64,000 nt of DNA from an uncultured delta proteobacterium (GCA_963798485.1 CAWCTR010000023.1:1-64000), one strand, 5' to 3'. Positions 8,749 through 18,308 are shown, counted from the first letter of the stretch. Notes: a model not told the origin generated them from the sequence alone. Translations and numbers: made by a program.

Positions 8749-9225
8749 TTATGATGTTTCTTTGCCCCTAGATACCCTTCTATTGCGATATTCCTCATAA
8801 TCAGGCACCAGGCGATCGTATTCTCCGTCCATTAAGGGAGAAGATATCATGAAATCAGCAGAGGCCCGGTTACAGGCAATGGGTATGTTCCATACCACTG
8901 CCATCCGCAGGAGGGCTTTCACATCGGGGTCATGGGGCTGCGGCTCGAGCGGGTCCCAGAAAAAGATGAGGAAATCGATCTCTCCATCTGCGATCTTGGC
9001 CCCTATCTGCTGATCACCGCCTAATGGTCCGCTTTGGAGTATTGTGACCTGGAAGCCAAGTTCCTGTTCCAGTATCTTGCCGGTAGTGCCTGTGGCATAT
9101 ATCTTATGGTGAGCCAGGAGAGTACGGTTAAATTTGGCCCATTCCACAAGGCCCTCTTTTTTGTTGTCGTGTGCCACAAGGGCGATCTTCTTATCATGAT
9201 CCATAGCGATTTTCTTATGCTCCAT
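8749..9225 (-). CDS. mgsA: Methylglyoxal synthase
   Basis: [27 protein letters not shown] and [20 protein letters not shown] motifs. Confidence 0.97.
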   Translation of the reverse strand: MEHKKIAMDHDKKIALVAHDNKKEGLVEWAKFNRTLLAHHKIYATGTTGKILEQELGFQVTILQSGPLGGDQQIGAKIADGEIDFLIFFWDPLEPQPHDPDVKALLRMAVVWNIPIACNRASADFMISSPLMDGEYDRLVPDYEEYRNRRVSRGKETS

Positions 9226-9287
9226 ACGAATGTATGCCCCTTTCTCTTCTGAAACTCTTTTCGGGTGGCAACCGAACGGGGGATGAT

Positions 9288-10238
9288 TTAGCCTCTGTGC
9301 CTTTCTTCCATCCCGCCTCTCCCGCCGCCTGAGGACGGTCTGATCTTTTTCCCATGAGAGGTCGAATTGCCCTTTTTGCTTCCACTAGAAGACTGGTCGG
9401 GATTTCTATTCTTGGACATCTTTTGTGTACGGGTCCCGTTAAAAATGGTTCTTTCGCCTCTCGAAACCCCCGTAGAGATAAAGTTTCCACCATGAGGAGC
9501 ACCTATGCCGGCAAAGGTTTTTCCATGGAATCTCGATACGGCATCGACACGAAAAACCCTATGCTCTCTAACATCATTGAAATGGTTGGATATAAATACC
9601 GTCCTATGATTCACGTTTACGATCCTGTGAAAGTCTTGGAGGATGAAAAATCCGGCAAACCAGAAATCGGTCCACCAGAACGGACAAGGGACCCATGAGT
9701 ACATGTAATAATAGTCGGGAGGTGGTGCGTAGTATGTCACTACCGGCGGGCCTTGATTGTAATAATAGTTGTTTACCACCGTTTGATCGGGGAATTGCTC
9801 GGGACCCGATGGGTGGGGTTGATTGGCGGCATATGACCTTATGGATAAGTTGAGACCTGCTACTGTATCCTGAAATATCTGCAGTGCCTCATTTTTGTCG
9901 TCAGGCAGCTTTTGGGCAAGTGCGGCATCACTCACTGATTTCTGTAACTCGGTGATGATGTCAGGGGTTACCGGATAATCGGCGATCCACCCATTCCGCG
10001 GTGCGATGCCGACCTCACCGAGACTGCTCTCGGCCTCAACTTCATCCTGGGTTGTCCCCAGGCCCAATGCGGCCTGCAGTTTGATCGCGAAGTCTCCTTC
10101 ACGGACCAGCTCCTGTGCTAATGGAGGCGAGGTCTGTCCAGACTGATCTGATTGTGCGTGAATCATTGCCGGCATTAAAAACATGAGATAGAGACTGACA
10201 ATAAGTGATCCCTTATACCTGAAAGGCACCCGTTTCAT
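9288..10238 (-). CDS. Secreted hypothetical protein with a Tyr/Pro/Trp-rich segment and a low-complexity basic tail
   Basis: GGAG RBS, signal peptide, long uninterrupted ORF. Confidence 0.75.
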   Translation of the reverse strand: MKRVPFRYKGSLIVSLYLMFLMPAMIHAQSDQSGQTSPPLAQELVREGDFAIKLQAALGLGTTQDEVEAESSLGEVGIAPRNGWIADYPVTPDIITELQKSVSDAALAQKLPDDKNEALQIFQDTVAGLNLSIRSYAANQPHPSGPEQFPDQTVVNNYYYNQGPPVVTYYAPPPDYYYMYSWVPCPFWWTDFWFAGFFILQDFHRIVNVNHRTVFISNHFNDVREHRVFRVDAVSRFHGKTFAGIGAPHGGNFISTGVSRGERTIFNGTRTQKMSKNRNPDQSSSGSKKGNSTSHGKKIRPSSGGGRGGMEERHRG

Positions 10239-10366
10239 TGAACTTCTCCTTTCATCTTTCGCTCTCTCTCTATTTCAATATATATTCTATGCTCTGAAAA
10301 TCGAGTATCAGTGATCAGGAGGTACTTTTAATATGGTTCATGACAACCGCTGATATTCAATCGGTA

Positions 10367-11686
10367 TTAAGAATTTCCAATCCTCCCTACGTGAGATTTT
10401 TTAATGGCCTTTTCCATTGAATTAAGCTCGGTGACCACGTCTTTGGGAAGCTGATCCTTGGCCTTAAGCGCCTGATCGATATGATACAAGCTTGCCTGAT
10501 ATTCACTGGTTTCAAAGAAGAATCTTGCATAGGAAACATGGGCCAAAGCGGGCTTTGATATCTTATCATACAGACCCCCGAGGGTGTAGTCCACACGTTG
10601 ATCCTGAGATTGGTAAGGTAGTAATACATCTATGGCTTCCTTGTACTTCCCCCCTTCCTGGAAGATATCAGCTAAGGCCATCTTGGTGGGGGCCGAGTTG
10701 GCGTAGGTTTTCAAAAGGGGGTAGGCCTCTGTTTTTCTCCCGAGAGAGTAGAGGTCAAGCCCCCTGTATTCGTTGGCAATGGGCAGGTCTATGTTCGAGA
10801 GCAAGGCAAGGGCCTGTGAGTTGTTCCCAAGTCTTGTGTGTAAAAGGCCTAAAGCGAGCGATTTGTAGGGCTCGGGCATCTGTGTCACACGGATATTGAC
10901 CTCGCCTTGCGACAGCATCAGTCCGATGACACTTGCCTCAAGAAGCCAGTAATTCTTGTCCGGTTTAGGATTGCCTGGATCAACCTTCAGAATCGCGATC
11001 CGGTTTTCCGTAAACGGGTGGGTCATGAGGTATTCCGGCATGTTCGATGATCCATTGATAGTACGGAGCCTGATGAGAAATCTCGCCATTGCCCCAGGAT
11101 CAAGTCCTGAAGCAACGAGGGTATTTTTTCCGAAGTTGTCTGCTGCATATTCATGCTCTCTGGAGTGGGCAAGCATGATGTTCTGGCTGCCCCCAACTGC
11201 TGAGGACATCACGGCTGCACCAGCCTCGGGGTTTTTTGTCGCGAGCAGGCCTCCCGCAATTATTCCCAGAATCGTGGCAATAGAGAGTGGTTTTTGAAAT
11301 TGAGAATCTTGAGGTATATGCCTCATTTGAGCATGGCCCATCTCGTGGCCAAGGACTGCTGATATTTCATCCATATCCTTTGCAACGAGAAAGATTCCAA
11401 GCTGTATGAAAATGTTACCGTCAGGGATTGTGAATGCATTTACTTCACTATCCTTGATGACATGTATCTTAAAAGAATATAACGGGTCTTTTACATGATC
11501 AGCCAAGCGGTCTGCAAGCATCTGAACCGGCCTGACGATATCCTCGTCATGAACAAGGAGATGGTTATCCTCCATCATTTTGATAAACTCATTCGCTGTC
11601 TTGGTTTCCTCTGCATATGTCATGGCCATGACAAAATGATCCGGCAGCACCATAAGCACCAGAAGAACAATCATTAGCTTTTTCAT
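10367..11686 (-). CDS. M48-family metalloprotease with TPR C-terminus (BepA/YfgC-like)
   Basis: Signal peptide; VNAFTIPDG, HEMGH, HSREHEYAAD and YLMTHP motifs; helical repeats at the C-terminus. Confidence 0.88.
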   Translation of the reverse strand: MKKLMIVLLVLMVLPDHFVMAMTYAEETKTANEFIKMMEDNHLLVHDEDIVRPVQMLADRLADHVKDPLYSFKIHVIKDSEVNAFTIPDGNIFIQLGIFLVAKDMDEISAVLGHEMGHAQMRHIPQDSQFQKPLSIATILGIIAGGLLATKNPEAGAAVMSSAVGGSQNIMLAHSREHEYAADNFGKNTLVASGLDPGAMARFLIRLRTINGSSNMPEYLMTHPFTENRIAILKVDPGNPKPDKNYWLLEASVIGLMLSQGEVNIRVTQMPEPYKSLALGLLHTRLGNNSQALALLSNIDLPIANEYRGLDLYSLGRKTEAYPLLKTYANSAPTKMALADIFQEGGKYKEAIDVLLPYQSQDQRVDYTLGGLYDKISKPALAHVSYARFFFETSEYQASLYHIDQALKAKDQLPKDVVTELNSMEKAIKKSHVGRIGNS

Positions 11687-11793
11687 GGCAATATCCTGTA
11701 CCTTCCACATTCGAATGAGCTTTATCAGCGTCCCGGCCCTTGAAGCCGTGTAAATCGTCCATCGTTCCTCTTCAGCGTCATTTCCTTTGAGTA

Positions 11794-11825
11794 TTAAGAC
11801 GTCCGGTTCGGGAGATTAGTCTACA
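11794..11825 (-). promoter_or_regulatory. Putative ECF-sigma promoter TGTAGAC-N17-CGTCTTAA facing the bepA-like gene
   Basis: Exact motif match on the minus strand. Confidence 0.7.
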
Positions 11826-11905
11826 TGACTGTTTTCAACGGAAACGAGAGAAGAGAAGTACACTGTTTTATTCCTATAGTTCAATAATTATTATCAGGTC
11901 GGGCC

Positions 11906-11960
11906 TTTACAAATTTTTACAGTCTCATTGTAAACGATACAGTACCCCCATGCGTCTTAA
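11906..11960 (+). promoter_or_regulatory. Perfect CpxR-type box (TTTAC-N5-TTTAC), 8 bp gap, then ECF-type promoter TGTAAAC-N17-CGTCTTAA
   Basis: Read directly; same phasing as at 6289 and 18969. Confidence 0.72.
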
Positions 11961-11965
11961 CAGGC

Positions 11966-12055
11966 AACAAGGAAAAAAATGACCAATTCCATACATAACC
12001 TATACCTCCTAATTACCTCCCTCTTGGGGAGCTGCAATGGCTCCCCGATTTTTTC
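11966..12055 (+). ncRNA. Candidate ~90-nt small RNA, copy 2 (ACCUCC motifs plus terminator)
   Basis: Bounded by a promoter motif and a hairpin with T-tract at 12027-12055. Stem changes versus copy 1 (CA to TG) create G-U pairs on the + strand. Confidence 0.55.
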
Positions 12056-12241
12056 AAAAGTAACGGAGGCCATATCAACATACCCTACCATCCTGGGATT
12101 CGTTCTTGGTTTGCTCCGCTTAATGGGAAAGGATGAACATCTATATGGACTTTTAAAAGGATATATCACCTTGACAGGTTTTTTTCACAAGTTCCTGTAG
12201 GTGAACCTCATATTTACCAAGTTGTCTCTCATTATAAAAGG

Positions 12242-12484
12242 ACTGAGGAGGCATAAGACCCATGAAGAATCTAAAAACCAGTGACTGGATGTTGATTGCC
12301 GGCGAAGCAGGTTTGTTCTTCATTGTCACCATAGTCGTATGGCTTGATGAATTCATGGATTTGCCAGCCCGTTTCCTCGGGGCTACACCGAAACCCTACA
12401 GGCCTCAGGAATACCTCGTGGAGGCCGTCTCGATTCTCATTGTTGCAGTAGTCGCTATCACTATAACTTTTATCGCACTGCGGA
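12242..12484 (+). repeat. Duplicated segment (RBS plus first ~74 codons), copy 2
   Basis: Near-identical to 6629-6871. Confidence 0.95.
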
Positions 12485-12735
12485 GAGTAAGGCGGGTTGA
12501 GCGATTTTTAAGGGTCTGCGCCTGGTGCAGGAAAATATGGGTGGATGGTGAATGGGTGAGTCTTGAAGAATATGCGCTGAAGATGCATTCACTGAAATCC
12601 AGCCACGGCATCTGTGAAGAGTGCGTAACCGGGCTTGAGAAAAAGAACGGGCAAAAGAGGGCTGTAAGAATTGAAGGTCTCACGGATAAACCACCTCACC
12701 ACATGCGTATGCGGTACCAGAAGCCGTTACAATAA
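12262..12735 (+). CDS. Two-TM membrane protein with a C-terminal CAWC...SHGICxxC putative Zn-binding domain
   Basis: GAGGAGG RBS, two hydrophobic helices, VCAWCRKI..W..SHGICEEC. Confidence 0.85.
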   Translation: MKNLKTSDWMLIAGEAGLFFIVTIVVWLDEFMDLPARFLGATPKPYRPQEYLVEAVSILIVAVVAITITFIALRRVRRVERFLRVCAWCRKIWVDGEWVSLEEYALKMHSLKSSHGICEECVTGLEKKNGQKRAVRIEGLTDKPPHHMRMRYQKPLQ

Positions 12736-12764
12736 GTAGACCGGTTTCAGTATATCGAGACCAC

Positions 12765-12900
12765 GTTGATGTCGACAGGGTGGATAATAAATGATCGACC
12801 AACCTAGTCGCTGGGACATTCAGGCAATCCGCACGTTTATGTTTACCTTCGAAATAGTGAGCTCGGTGTTTGACTATCTCACCTTTGGTTTTTTTGTTAT
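12765..12900 (+). pseudogene. Fragment of an Mg2+-transporting P-type ATPase (MgtA/B-like) C-terminal membrane region
   Basis: DRVD, a frameshift, then MIDQPSRWDIQAIRTFMFTFEIVSSVFDYLTFG, resembling the D.VD..P.RW..I.RFM..FG..SSIFD..TF segment of MgtA. Confidence 0.6.
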
Positions 12901-13071
12901 TCATCTTCAATGCGTACTTGACATACAAGCACCAAGTATTTCATTATCCAGGACATCGATAAGTGCGGTTATGAAGAGTAGCTATCCAGGTCTGCGAGAT
13001 GGGACTGGCACGGGGAAGTGCTTGACAATATGAATGTTTCATAGAATCTGTTTAGAAAAAGGAGGCCCACT

Positions 13072-13989
13072 TTGTTCGATGTTATTCTTCCAAGAAAGAT
13101 AAGATTTTCTCATTTCATCTTTGTGTTTAGCTTTGTATTCATTTTTTCCGGGACGGCAACCGCTGCAGATAATCAGTTATTGCCCCTTGACCTCTCATCG
13201 GTCCCTGCTGAGGTACGTAACCAGCTGCCGCTCCCTTACGGCTTATCAGTGAATTATACCTATGTGGACGAGAAGCTCGACATAAGGAAATTCGACCTCC
13301 AGCTTAACGGCTATCCAGTCCCATCAGGTCTTGTAAATCTAGGCAGTTTGAAGCAGCAGACCCAGGCTGAGACAGTCCGTATAGACGCCTGGCTGATGTC
13401 TTTTCTTGATCTTTACGGCGTCGGAGGCTTTGTCAACGGGACCGCCAATAAATTAGACATTAACATTGCTAATCAAGCACAGATTGCTTCTAATCCTTCT
13501 TATCTAGGATTCGTAGAAAACCTACCTCAAAGCATGCAAGCTATGCTATCGCCCGGTGGTTTATCTTCTGATTTATCTTCTATTGACTACCATGGGACGG
13601 TCTATGGTTTTGGGACTATGCTTGGCGGCGGATATGGACATTTCTTTTACAGCTATGATGTGAATTACACCTGGACAAATATCAATCGGCTCCAAACCGC
13701 AGTGAATACTCTGTCCCAGGAGATAAGGGTTCGATACAAGATGGATGCCTTCGGAGGCAAGGTTTCTGTTTTCACCGGAGCGTCTAATGAGGATATCAAG
13801 TCAAGGCAGTCGGGTACGTATACTTTGAATGGGACTAACCTTGAATACTCCCTAGTGGCACGGTCGGACAATCCGTGGAACGCCCTTATAGGCACAGAGG
13901 TGGAGTTCACCCCACACTGGAACCTGGCCATACAAGGTGGGTTCATCGGGAGAGACCAGATTACATCGTCACTGGGATATCGATTCTGA
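13072..13989 (+). CDS. Putative outer-membrane beta-barrel protein
   Basis: AGGAGG RBS with TTG start, signal peptide, LPYGLSVNY and RIDAWLMSFLDLYG segments, terminal ...LGYRF. Confidence 0.7.
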   Translation: MFDVILPRKIRFSHFIFVFSFVFIFSGTATAADNQLLPLDLSSVPAEVRNQLPLPYGLSVNYTYVDEKLDIRKFDLQLNGYPVPSGLVNLGSLKQQTQAETVRIDAWLMSFLDLYGVGGFVNGTANKLDINIANQAQIASNPSYLGFVENLPQSMQAMLSPGGLSSDLSSIDYHGTVYGFGTMLGGGYGHFFYSYDVNYTWTNINRLQTAVNTLSQEIRVRYKMDAFGGKVSVFTGASNEDIKSRQSGTYTLNGTNLEYSLVARSDNPWNALIGTEVEFTPHWNLAIQGGFIGRDQITSSLGYRF

Positions 13990-14013
13990 TACAGCCTTGA
14001 TAAAACATTCACA

Positions 14014-15651
14014 TCAACGGTCTTCAATACTCATCTCAATACAGGTAAGTGAGTGAGCAGGAAGCTGAATATCAAAGGCGGCTCCGCTTTCTTCACGGGT
14101 AATCCTCATGGCTTTATGGCTCTTTCTGATCTGTATCGCATTGGGTTCGGTGTAGGTATTATATTGAACAGGATCGGGATGTGACATTTCCAGATAGTTA
14201 TCGACAGAGATGACCCTGATACCCTTTAAGAGGCACGCGGCATTCACTGCAGCATCATAATGCCGATTCACCAAAAAGAGTGACAGTTTGTTGCCGGTTA
14301 GAGTTGCTGACAGATCAAGCACAGGAAGTCCCGTCTCATGAGGGATTACAGGGCAATCTACATGGCTTGAAAGGAGCATATCGCCGGCATGCTCGGTGTA
14401 TATTTTGAAGACAAGCCCGGAAGGGGTGAGGAATGTGCCCTGAGGGCTTGAGCATATTATTCCGATACAATTCACCATTTGAGAGAGGTTGGCGAGCGGC
14501 ATTTCCGGGGCGTAGCGATGAAACATGTTCAACATACTTGCCACCCATAAACCGTCTCTAAGATTATAATTGGTCTCGATCACATCGGAGTAAAAGGCAT
14601 ACCAGAGATTCCATTCATCAAATGCCAGTGCGATCTTCTTTCCCGCCGGGGAATGTGTCCTGACGTCTCTGGCGTTATCGGCCACAAAATCTTCCATATA
14701 CTTAAGAGAACCGAGAATGTCATAATAGACCTTTCGGGAACCGCTCCGTTCACGGTGAAGAAACTGGTGGAGAATATGATATCTGATCGTATAAAAGAAG
14801 CTGGGTCCATAGAGATGAACCGATAAGAAATCCATCTCCTTTCCGGCCCCTGCCAGCACAGTCCGATTGATGTCATCACGCCTCCCAAGTACAGCCATCA
14901 TGATCGGGTTGACATCATCACGCTTCCGGGAAGGCCACATGGTGCCGCATCCGATGAGTTTTATCTTCGGATCAAGGCGCCGCATGGCTTGTGCATATTC
15001 ATTGAAGGTTATTACGTATTGATCCGGGTTCATGTGTCCGGTCTCAAAAAACGAGAACATCTCATTGCCTAGCGTCCAATACTTTACTCCGTAAGGCTCT
15101 GGATGGCCGTTTTGAGTACGCACCGCTCCCCAGCGTGAGTCCTTCGGTCCATTGCAGTATTCAACCCAGGCGGCGGCCTCTTCGGCCGTGCCTGATCCTA
15201 CATTGACGGTAAGCTGAGGTTCCGCACCGACCTCTTTGCACAACTCCATAAACTCATCTGTACCGAAGTGATTATCTTCCAGCGGGCCAAGATGCTTACC
15301 CAGGAACGGGAATCTATTCCATGCCTTGTTCTTCACCATGGGTCTCCGGGCCTTCGGCCCTATCCCGTCCTGCCAATGGTACGTGTCGGCAAAACACCCT
15401 CCGGGATACCGGATCAACGGGGGGTGAATTGATTTTATGGCATCAACAAGTTCCCGGCGCACGGCGCCAAGAAACATTTCCGGTGACTCGCCTTCAGCCC
15501 AAATACCACCATTGATACACTTTCCCAGATGCTCGATGGAATGACCATACTGTGTGTGAGGCAACACATGAAGCACCTCCGGTTCTATGGTGATCGAGGC
15601 CCGCAAGGGTCTGCCTGCGATTCCCTTTCCGTAGGATCTGCTGAATGCCAT
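14014..15651 (-). CDS. Glycoside hydrolase family 51 (alpha-L-arabinofuranosidase-like)
   Basis: EHLGKCINGGIW, RYPGGCFADTYHWQDGIGP, FGTDEF, WTLGNEM (acid/base) and FDEWN (nucleophile). Confidence 0.92.
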   Translation of the reverse strand: MAFSRSYGKGIAGRPLRASITIEPEVLHVLPHTQYGHSIEHLGKCINGGIWAEGESPEMFLGAVRRELVDAIKSIHPPLIRYPGGCFADTYHWQDGIGPKARRPMVKNKAWNRFPFLGKHLGPLEDNHFGTDEFMELCKEVGAEPQLTVNVGSGTAEEAAAWVEYCNGPKDSRWGAVRTQNGHPEPYGVKYWTLGNEMFSFFETGHMNPDQYVITFNEYAQAMRRLDPKIKLIGCGTMWPSRKRDDVNPIMMAVLGRRDDINRTVLAGAGKEMDFLSVHLYGPSFFYTIRYHILHQFLHRERSGSRKVYYDILGSLKYMEDFVADNARDVRTHSPAGKKIALAFDEWNLWYAFYSDVIETNYNLRDGLWVASMLNMFHRYAPEMPLANLSQMVNCIGIICSSPQGTFLTPSGLVFKIYTEHAGDMLLSSHVDCPVIPHETGLPVLDLSATLTGNKLSLFLVNRHYDAAVNAACLLKGIRVISVDNYLEMSHPDPVQYNTYTEPNAIQIRKSHKAMRITREESGAAFDIQLPAHSLTCIEMSIEDR

Positions 15652-15655
15652 GTCC

Positions 15656-16051
15656 TTATTCTCCCGGTTGTTTTTCATTTGGGACATCTGATTTTAAGCG
15701 GGACGGCAGGTGGTTGGCCGCAAAGAAAAACCCAAAAGATATAATAAAGGTAATGAAGGCTAGTGTGTATGCGAGTGATTTTCCATGCCATAACCCGGCA
15801 ATCCAACGGGTGAACTCATCGGCAAGCACAGCCGCCTTTCCGCCATAGAGTTCCAGGTCATGTCGATATATCTTGGAATCTTGGGGCATAATCGGATAAG
15901 CTGAACCACCTACTATTTCATAGCCCAGAGCGCTGCTCAGATCATCTTCAGCAGTCTGATAAATATAGATGGCACTACCCAACCCGACAAGCAGGATAAT
16001 GGCGCTGATAAGCTTGAATAATGCACGTAGATTCTTGATGTTCCACCCCAT
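15656..16051 (-). CDS. Two-TM hypothetical membrane protein
   Basis: Two hydrophobic helices flanking SKIYRHDLELYGGK; tightly spaced in the operon after the kinase. Confidence 0.75.
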   Translation of the reverse strand: MGWNIKNLRALFKLISAIILLVGLGSAIYIYQTAEDDLSSALGYEIVGGSAYPIMPQDSKIYRHDLELYGGKAAVLADEFTRWIAGLWHGKSLAYTLAFITFIISFGFFFAANHLPSRLKSDVPNEKQPGE

Positions 16052-16064
16052 CTTATGTCTATTC

Positions 16065-17447
16065 TTACGGCATTAATGGCAACGTTATAACAATAACTAA
16101 ACCGCCATCCGTAGCATTATGGGCACTCACGTTGCCGTGGTGGAGCCTCACGGCACGTTCCGTGATGGCTAAACCAAGTCCTGATCCCCCTGTCTTTCGA
16201 TCACGGGCATCCGACACCCGGTAGAACGGATGAAACAAATAAGGGAGTTCTGATTCTAAGACCCCATCGCCATGATCATGAACCGTGATCTCGGCAAATG
16301 GTATCGTATCGTGCATGACCCGTTGGAGCATGATATCTACATCCGTGTTCTCATGGGTATAGTGGATGGCATTGCGGACAACATTCTCAATAGCCCGTCG
16401 TAGTAATTCTTCATTGCCCGATATAATGTACTCCAGACTGTCGACATGCAGTACGAGATGGCAGGAATTTTGGGCCTCAAAATTTGCATCGACGGTGATT
16501 TTTTGAGCAAGGCGCTTTAGATCAACAGGAGATGATTGTATTCCCTCGATATCGTTTTCGATGCGAGTGAGCGTGAGCACCTGGCCGATCATCTCATTGA
16601 GTAATCTCGCTTCCCTTTCAATACGGTTTAATTGGTTTTCAGCTTCCGGACCGGTCTGCCTCCGTGCAAGTTCCAGCGCTACATTGAGCCGGGCCAGTGG
16701 CGAGCGGAGTTCATGCGAGATATCACCGAGCAATTGCCGCTGTGAGGTCATGAGCGATTCGATGCGCTCTGCCATCCGGTCAAAATCTTTTGCCAGCTCG
16801 GTGAGTTCATCCTTCCTTCTTGCAGTGTCTTTGCCGATTCTTACTGACAGCTCACCTGCGGCAAACCTTCGTGTCGCCTCCCGAAGTTTTATAAGCGGTG
16901 AGGTCAGATAACGGGCAAGCCAATAACAGACCCCTCCTGACAGGAAAAGAATGATAAATATACGGAATACCAGCAAGGTAGTGTTTCCATGAAAAGGATT
17001 GAAGGCATGTCTCGGCATGATGCCGACTACTCCGAAGACATGGCCGTTTGTTGTCTTAATGGTCATCGCCAGAAGCACCCTATCATCTAAAAATAAAGAT
17101 TCGGTTTTTCCGCTTTGCCCGGCTTGACCCAGGAGGGCCTTGGCATCAGGGGCTATCGTGCGGTTAGTGATCTCTTGATTATTCTCATCGAGCACGTAAG
17201 CATCGATCCTGGAGGAGTTTTTCAATTGGTCAGTGAGTTTCGCCAAGGCTGCATGATCGCCATGTAAATGATACTCTGCAGCCATCTGACCATACAGGGA
17301 CAAAGTAACACCGATGGTGTTCTGCAAATGGTGGATCATTGGCCCTGATTGGGTCAGACGGTCAAAACTTATCAAAGTACCGACAATAAGCGTTGTTGCA
17401 ATCCAGAACCAGAGATAGATTTTTATGAAAATGTTCAGCTTTGGCAT
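16065..17447 (-). CDS. cpxA: Sensor histidine kinase, CpxA-like
   Basis: IFIKIYLWFW N-terminus, HAMP domain, H-box LLGDISHELRSPLARL, AIENVVRNA, PFYRVSDARDRKTGGSGLGLAI. Confidence 0.85.
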   Translation of the reverse strand: MPKLNIFIKIYLWFWIATTLIVGTLISFDRLTQSGPMIHHLQNTIGVTLSLYGQMAAEYHLHGDHAALAKLTDQLKNSSRIDAYVLDENNQEITNRTIAPDAKALLGQAGQSGKTESLFLDDRVLLAMTIKTTNGHVFGVVGIMPRHAFNPFHGNTTLLVFRIFIILFLSGGVCYWLARYLTSPLIKLREATRRFAAGELSVRIGKDTARRKDELTELAKDFDRMAERIESLMTSQRQLLGDISHELRSPLARLNVALELARRQTGPEAENQLNRIEREARLLNEMIGQVLTLTRIENDIEGIQSSPVDLKRLAQKITVDANFEAQNSCHLVLHVDSLEYIISGNEELLRRAIENVVRNAIHYTHENTDVDIMLQRVMHDTIPFAEITVHDHGDGVLESELPYLFHPFYRVSDARDRKTGGSGLGLAITERAVRLHHGNVSAHNATDGGLVIVITLPLMP

Positions 17448-18190
17448 GATGGTTCCTTGGAATATTCGCCTTTTGAGTCATGGTCAGGTGGAGGTGTAGG
17501 GGTATAAAGATAGCCCACACCGCGTATTGTTTTTATTCGCTCCTTACCCGATACCTCATGACCAAGCTTTTTGCGCAGCTTGCTGATGTGTACATCTATG
17601 CTGCGGTCATACGGAGAAAGTGAGCGGCCAAGTACTGCATGCATCAACTCTTCGCGCGACACGAGTCGCCCTGACTTATGTAACAATATTTCAAGAAGAC
17701 CGAATTCGACATTGGTGAGATCAATCTTTTCACCTGAGCGGATTACTTCGCGTGTTCTCATATCCATTTTCACATCACCTATAGTCAGTTCTTCAGGTAT
17801 TTGCGGCAATGTTCTCTCTTCGGGTTCCTGTTTCACCCGCCTCAGTACGGCACGTATACGTGCGAGTAATTCGCGGGGGTTGAAGGGTTTCGGCAAATAG
17901 TCATCCGCACCCATCTCTAATCCTATGATCCTGTCTACATCATCGCCACGGGCCGTCAGCATAACAACAGGCGTACTGACTCCGGCCCGAAGACGGCGCA
18001 GTACCTCAAAGCCATTTCCAACCGGCAGCATCACATCAAGCACGATAAGGTCGTAATTACCCTCAAACACCATATTAAGCCCCACTTCTCCGTCATGGGC
18101 ACACTCGAGATGAAAACCTTCCGGAGTCAGATATTCCTTGATCAATTCACACAATTCAATGTCATCATCTATTACGAGTACATGCTCCAT
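17435..18190 (-). CDS. cpxR: OmpR-family response regulator, CpxR-like
   Basis: REC domain (LDVMLP, MLTARG, GADDYLPKPF) and winged helix (YDRSIDVHISKLRKKL, IKTIRGVGY); cpxP-R-A context and CpxR-type boxes nearby. Confidence 0.85.
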   Translation of the reverse strand: MEHVLVIDDDIELCELIKEYLTPEGFHLECAHDGEVGLNMVFEGNYDLIVLDVMLPVGNGFEVLRRLRAGVSTPVVMLTARGDDVDRIIGLEMGADDYLPKPFNPRELLARIRAVLRRVKQEPEERTLPQIPEELTIGDVKMDMRTREVIRSGEKIDLTNVEFGLLEILLHKSGRLVSREELMHAVLGRSLSPYDRSIDVHISKLRKKLGHEVSGKERIKTIRGVGYLYTPTPPPDHDSKGEYSKEPSCQS

Positions 18191-18293
18191 GGAAAACTCC
18201 CTTGTCTCGTTTCTGATTCGGATCTCCAGTATATAACGAGTATATAAATTTATAATAATAACATCAGTAAAAAAGAGTCATGATGCGCTATTC

Positions 18294-18308
18294 TTTACAA
18301 AACTTTAC
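18294..18308. promoter_or_regulatory. Perfect CpxR-type box upstream of cpxR (possible autoregulation)
   Basis: TTTAC-AAAAC-TTTAC, which reads GTAAA-N5-GTAAA on the minus strand. Confidence 0.65.

Noticed and set aside
13006-13022. TGGCACGGGGAAGTGCT as a sigma54 promoter for the OM barrel gene
   Set aside because: GG-to-GC spacing is 11 nt, not the strictly required 10.
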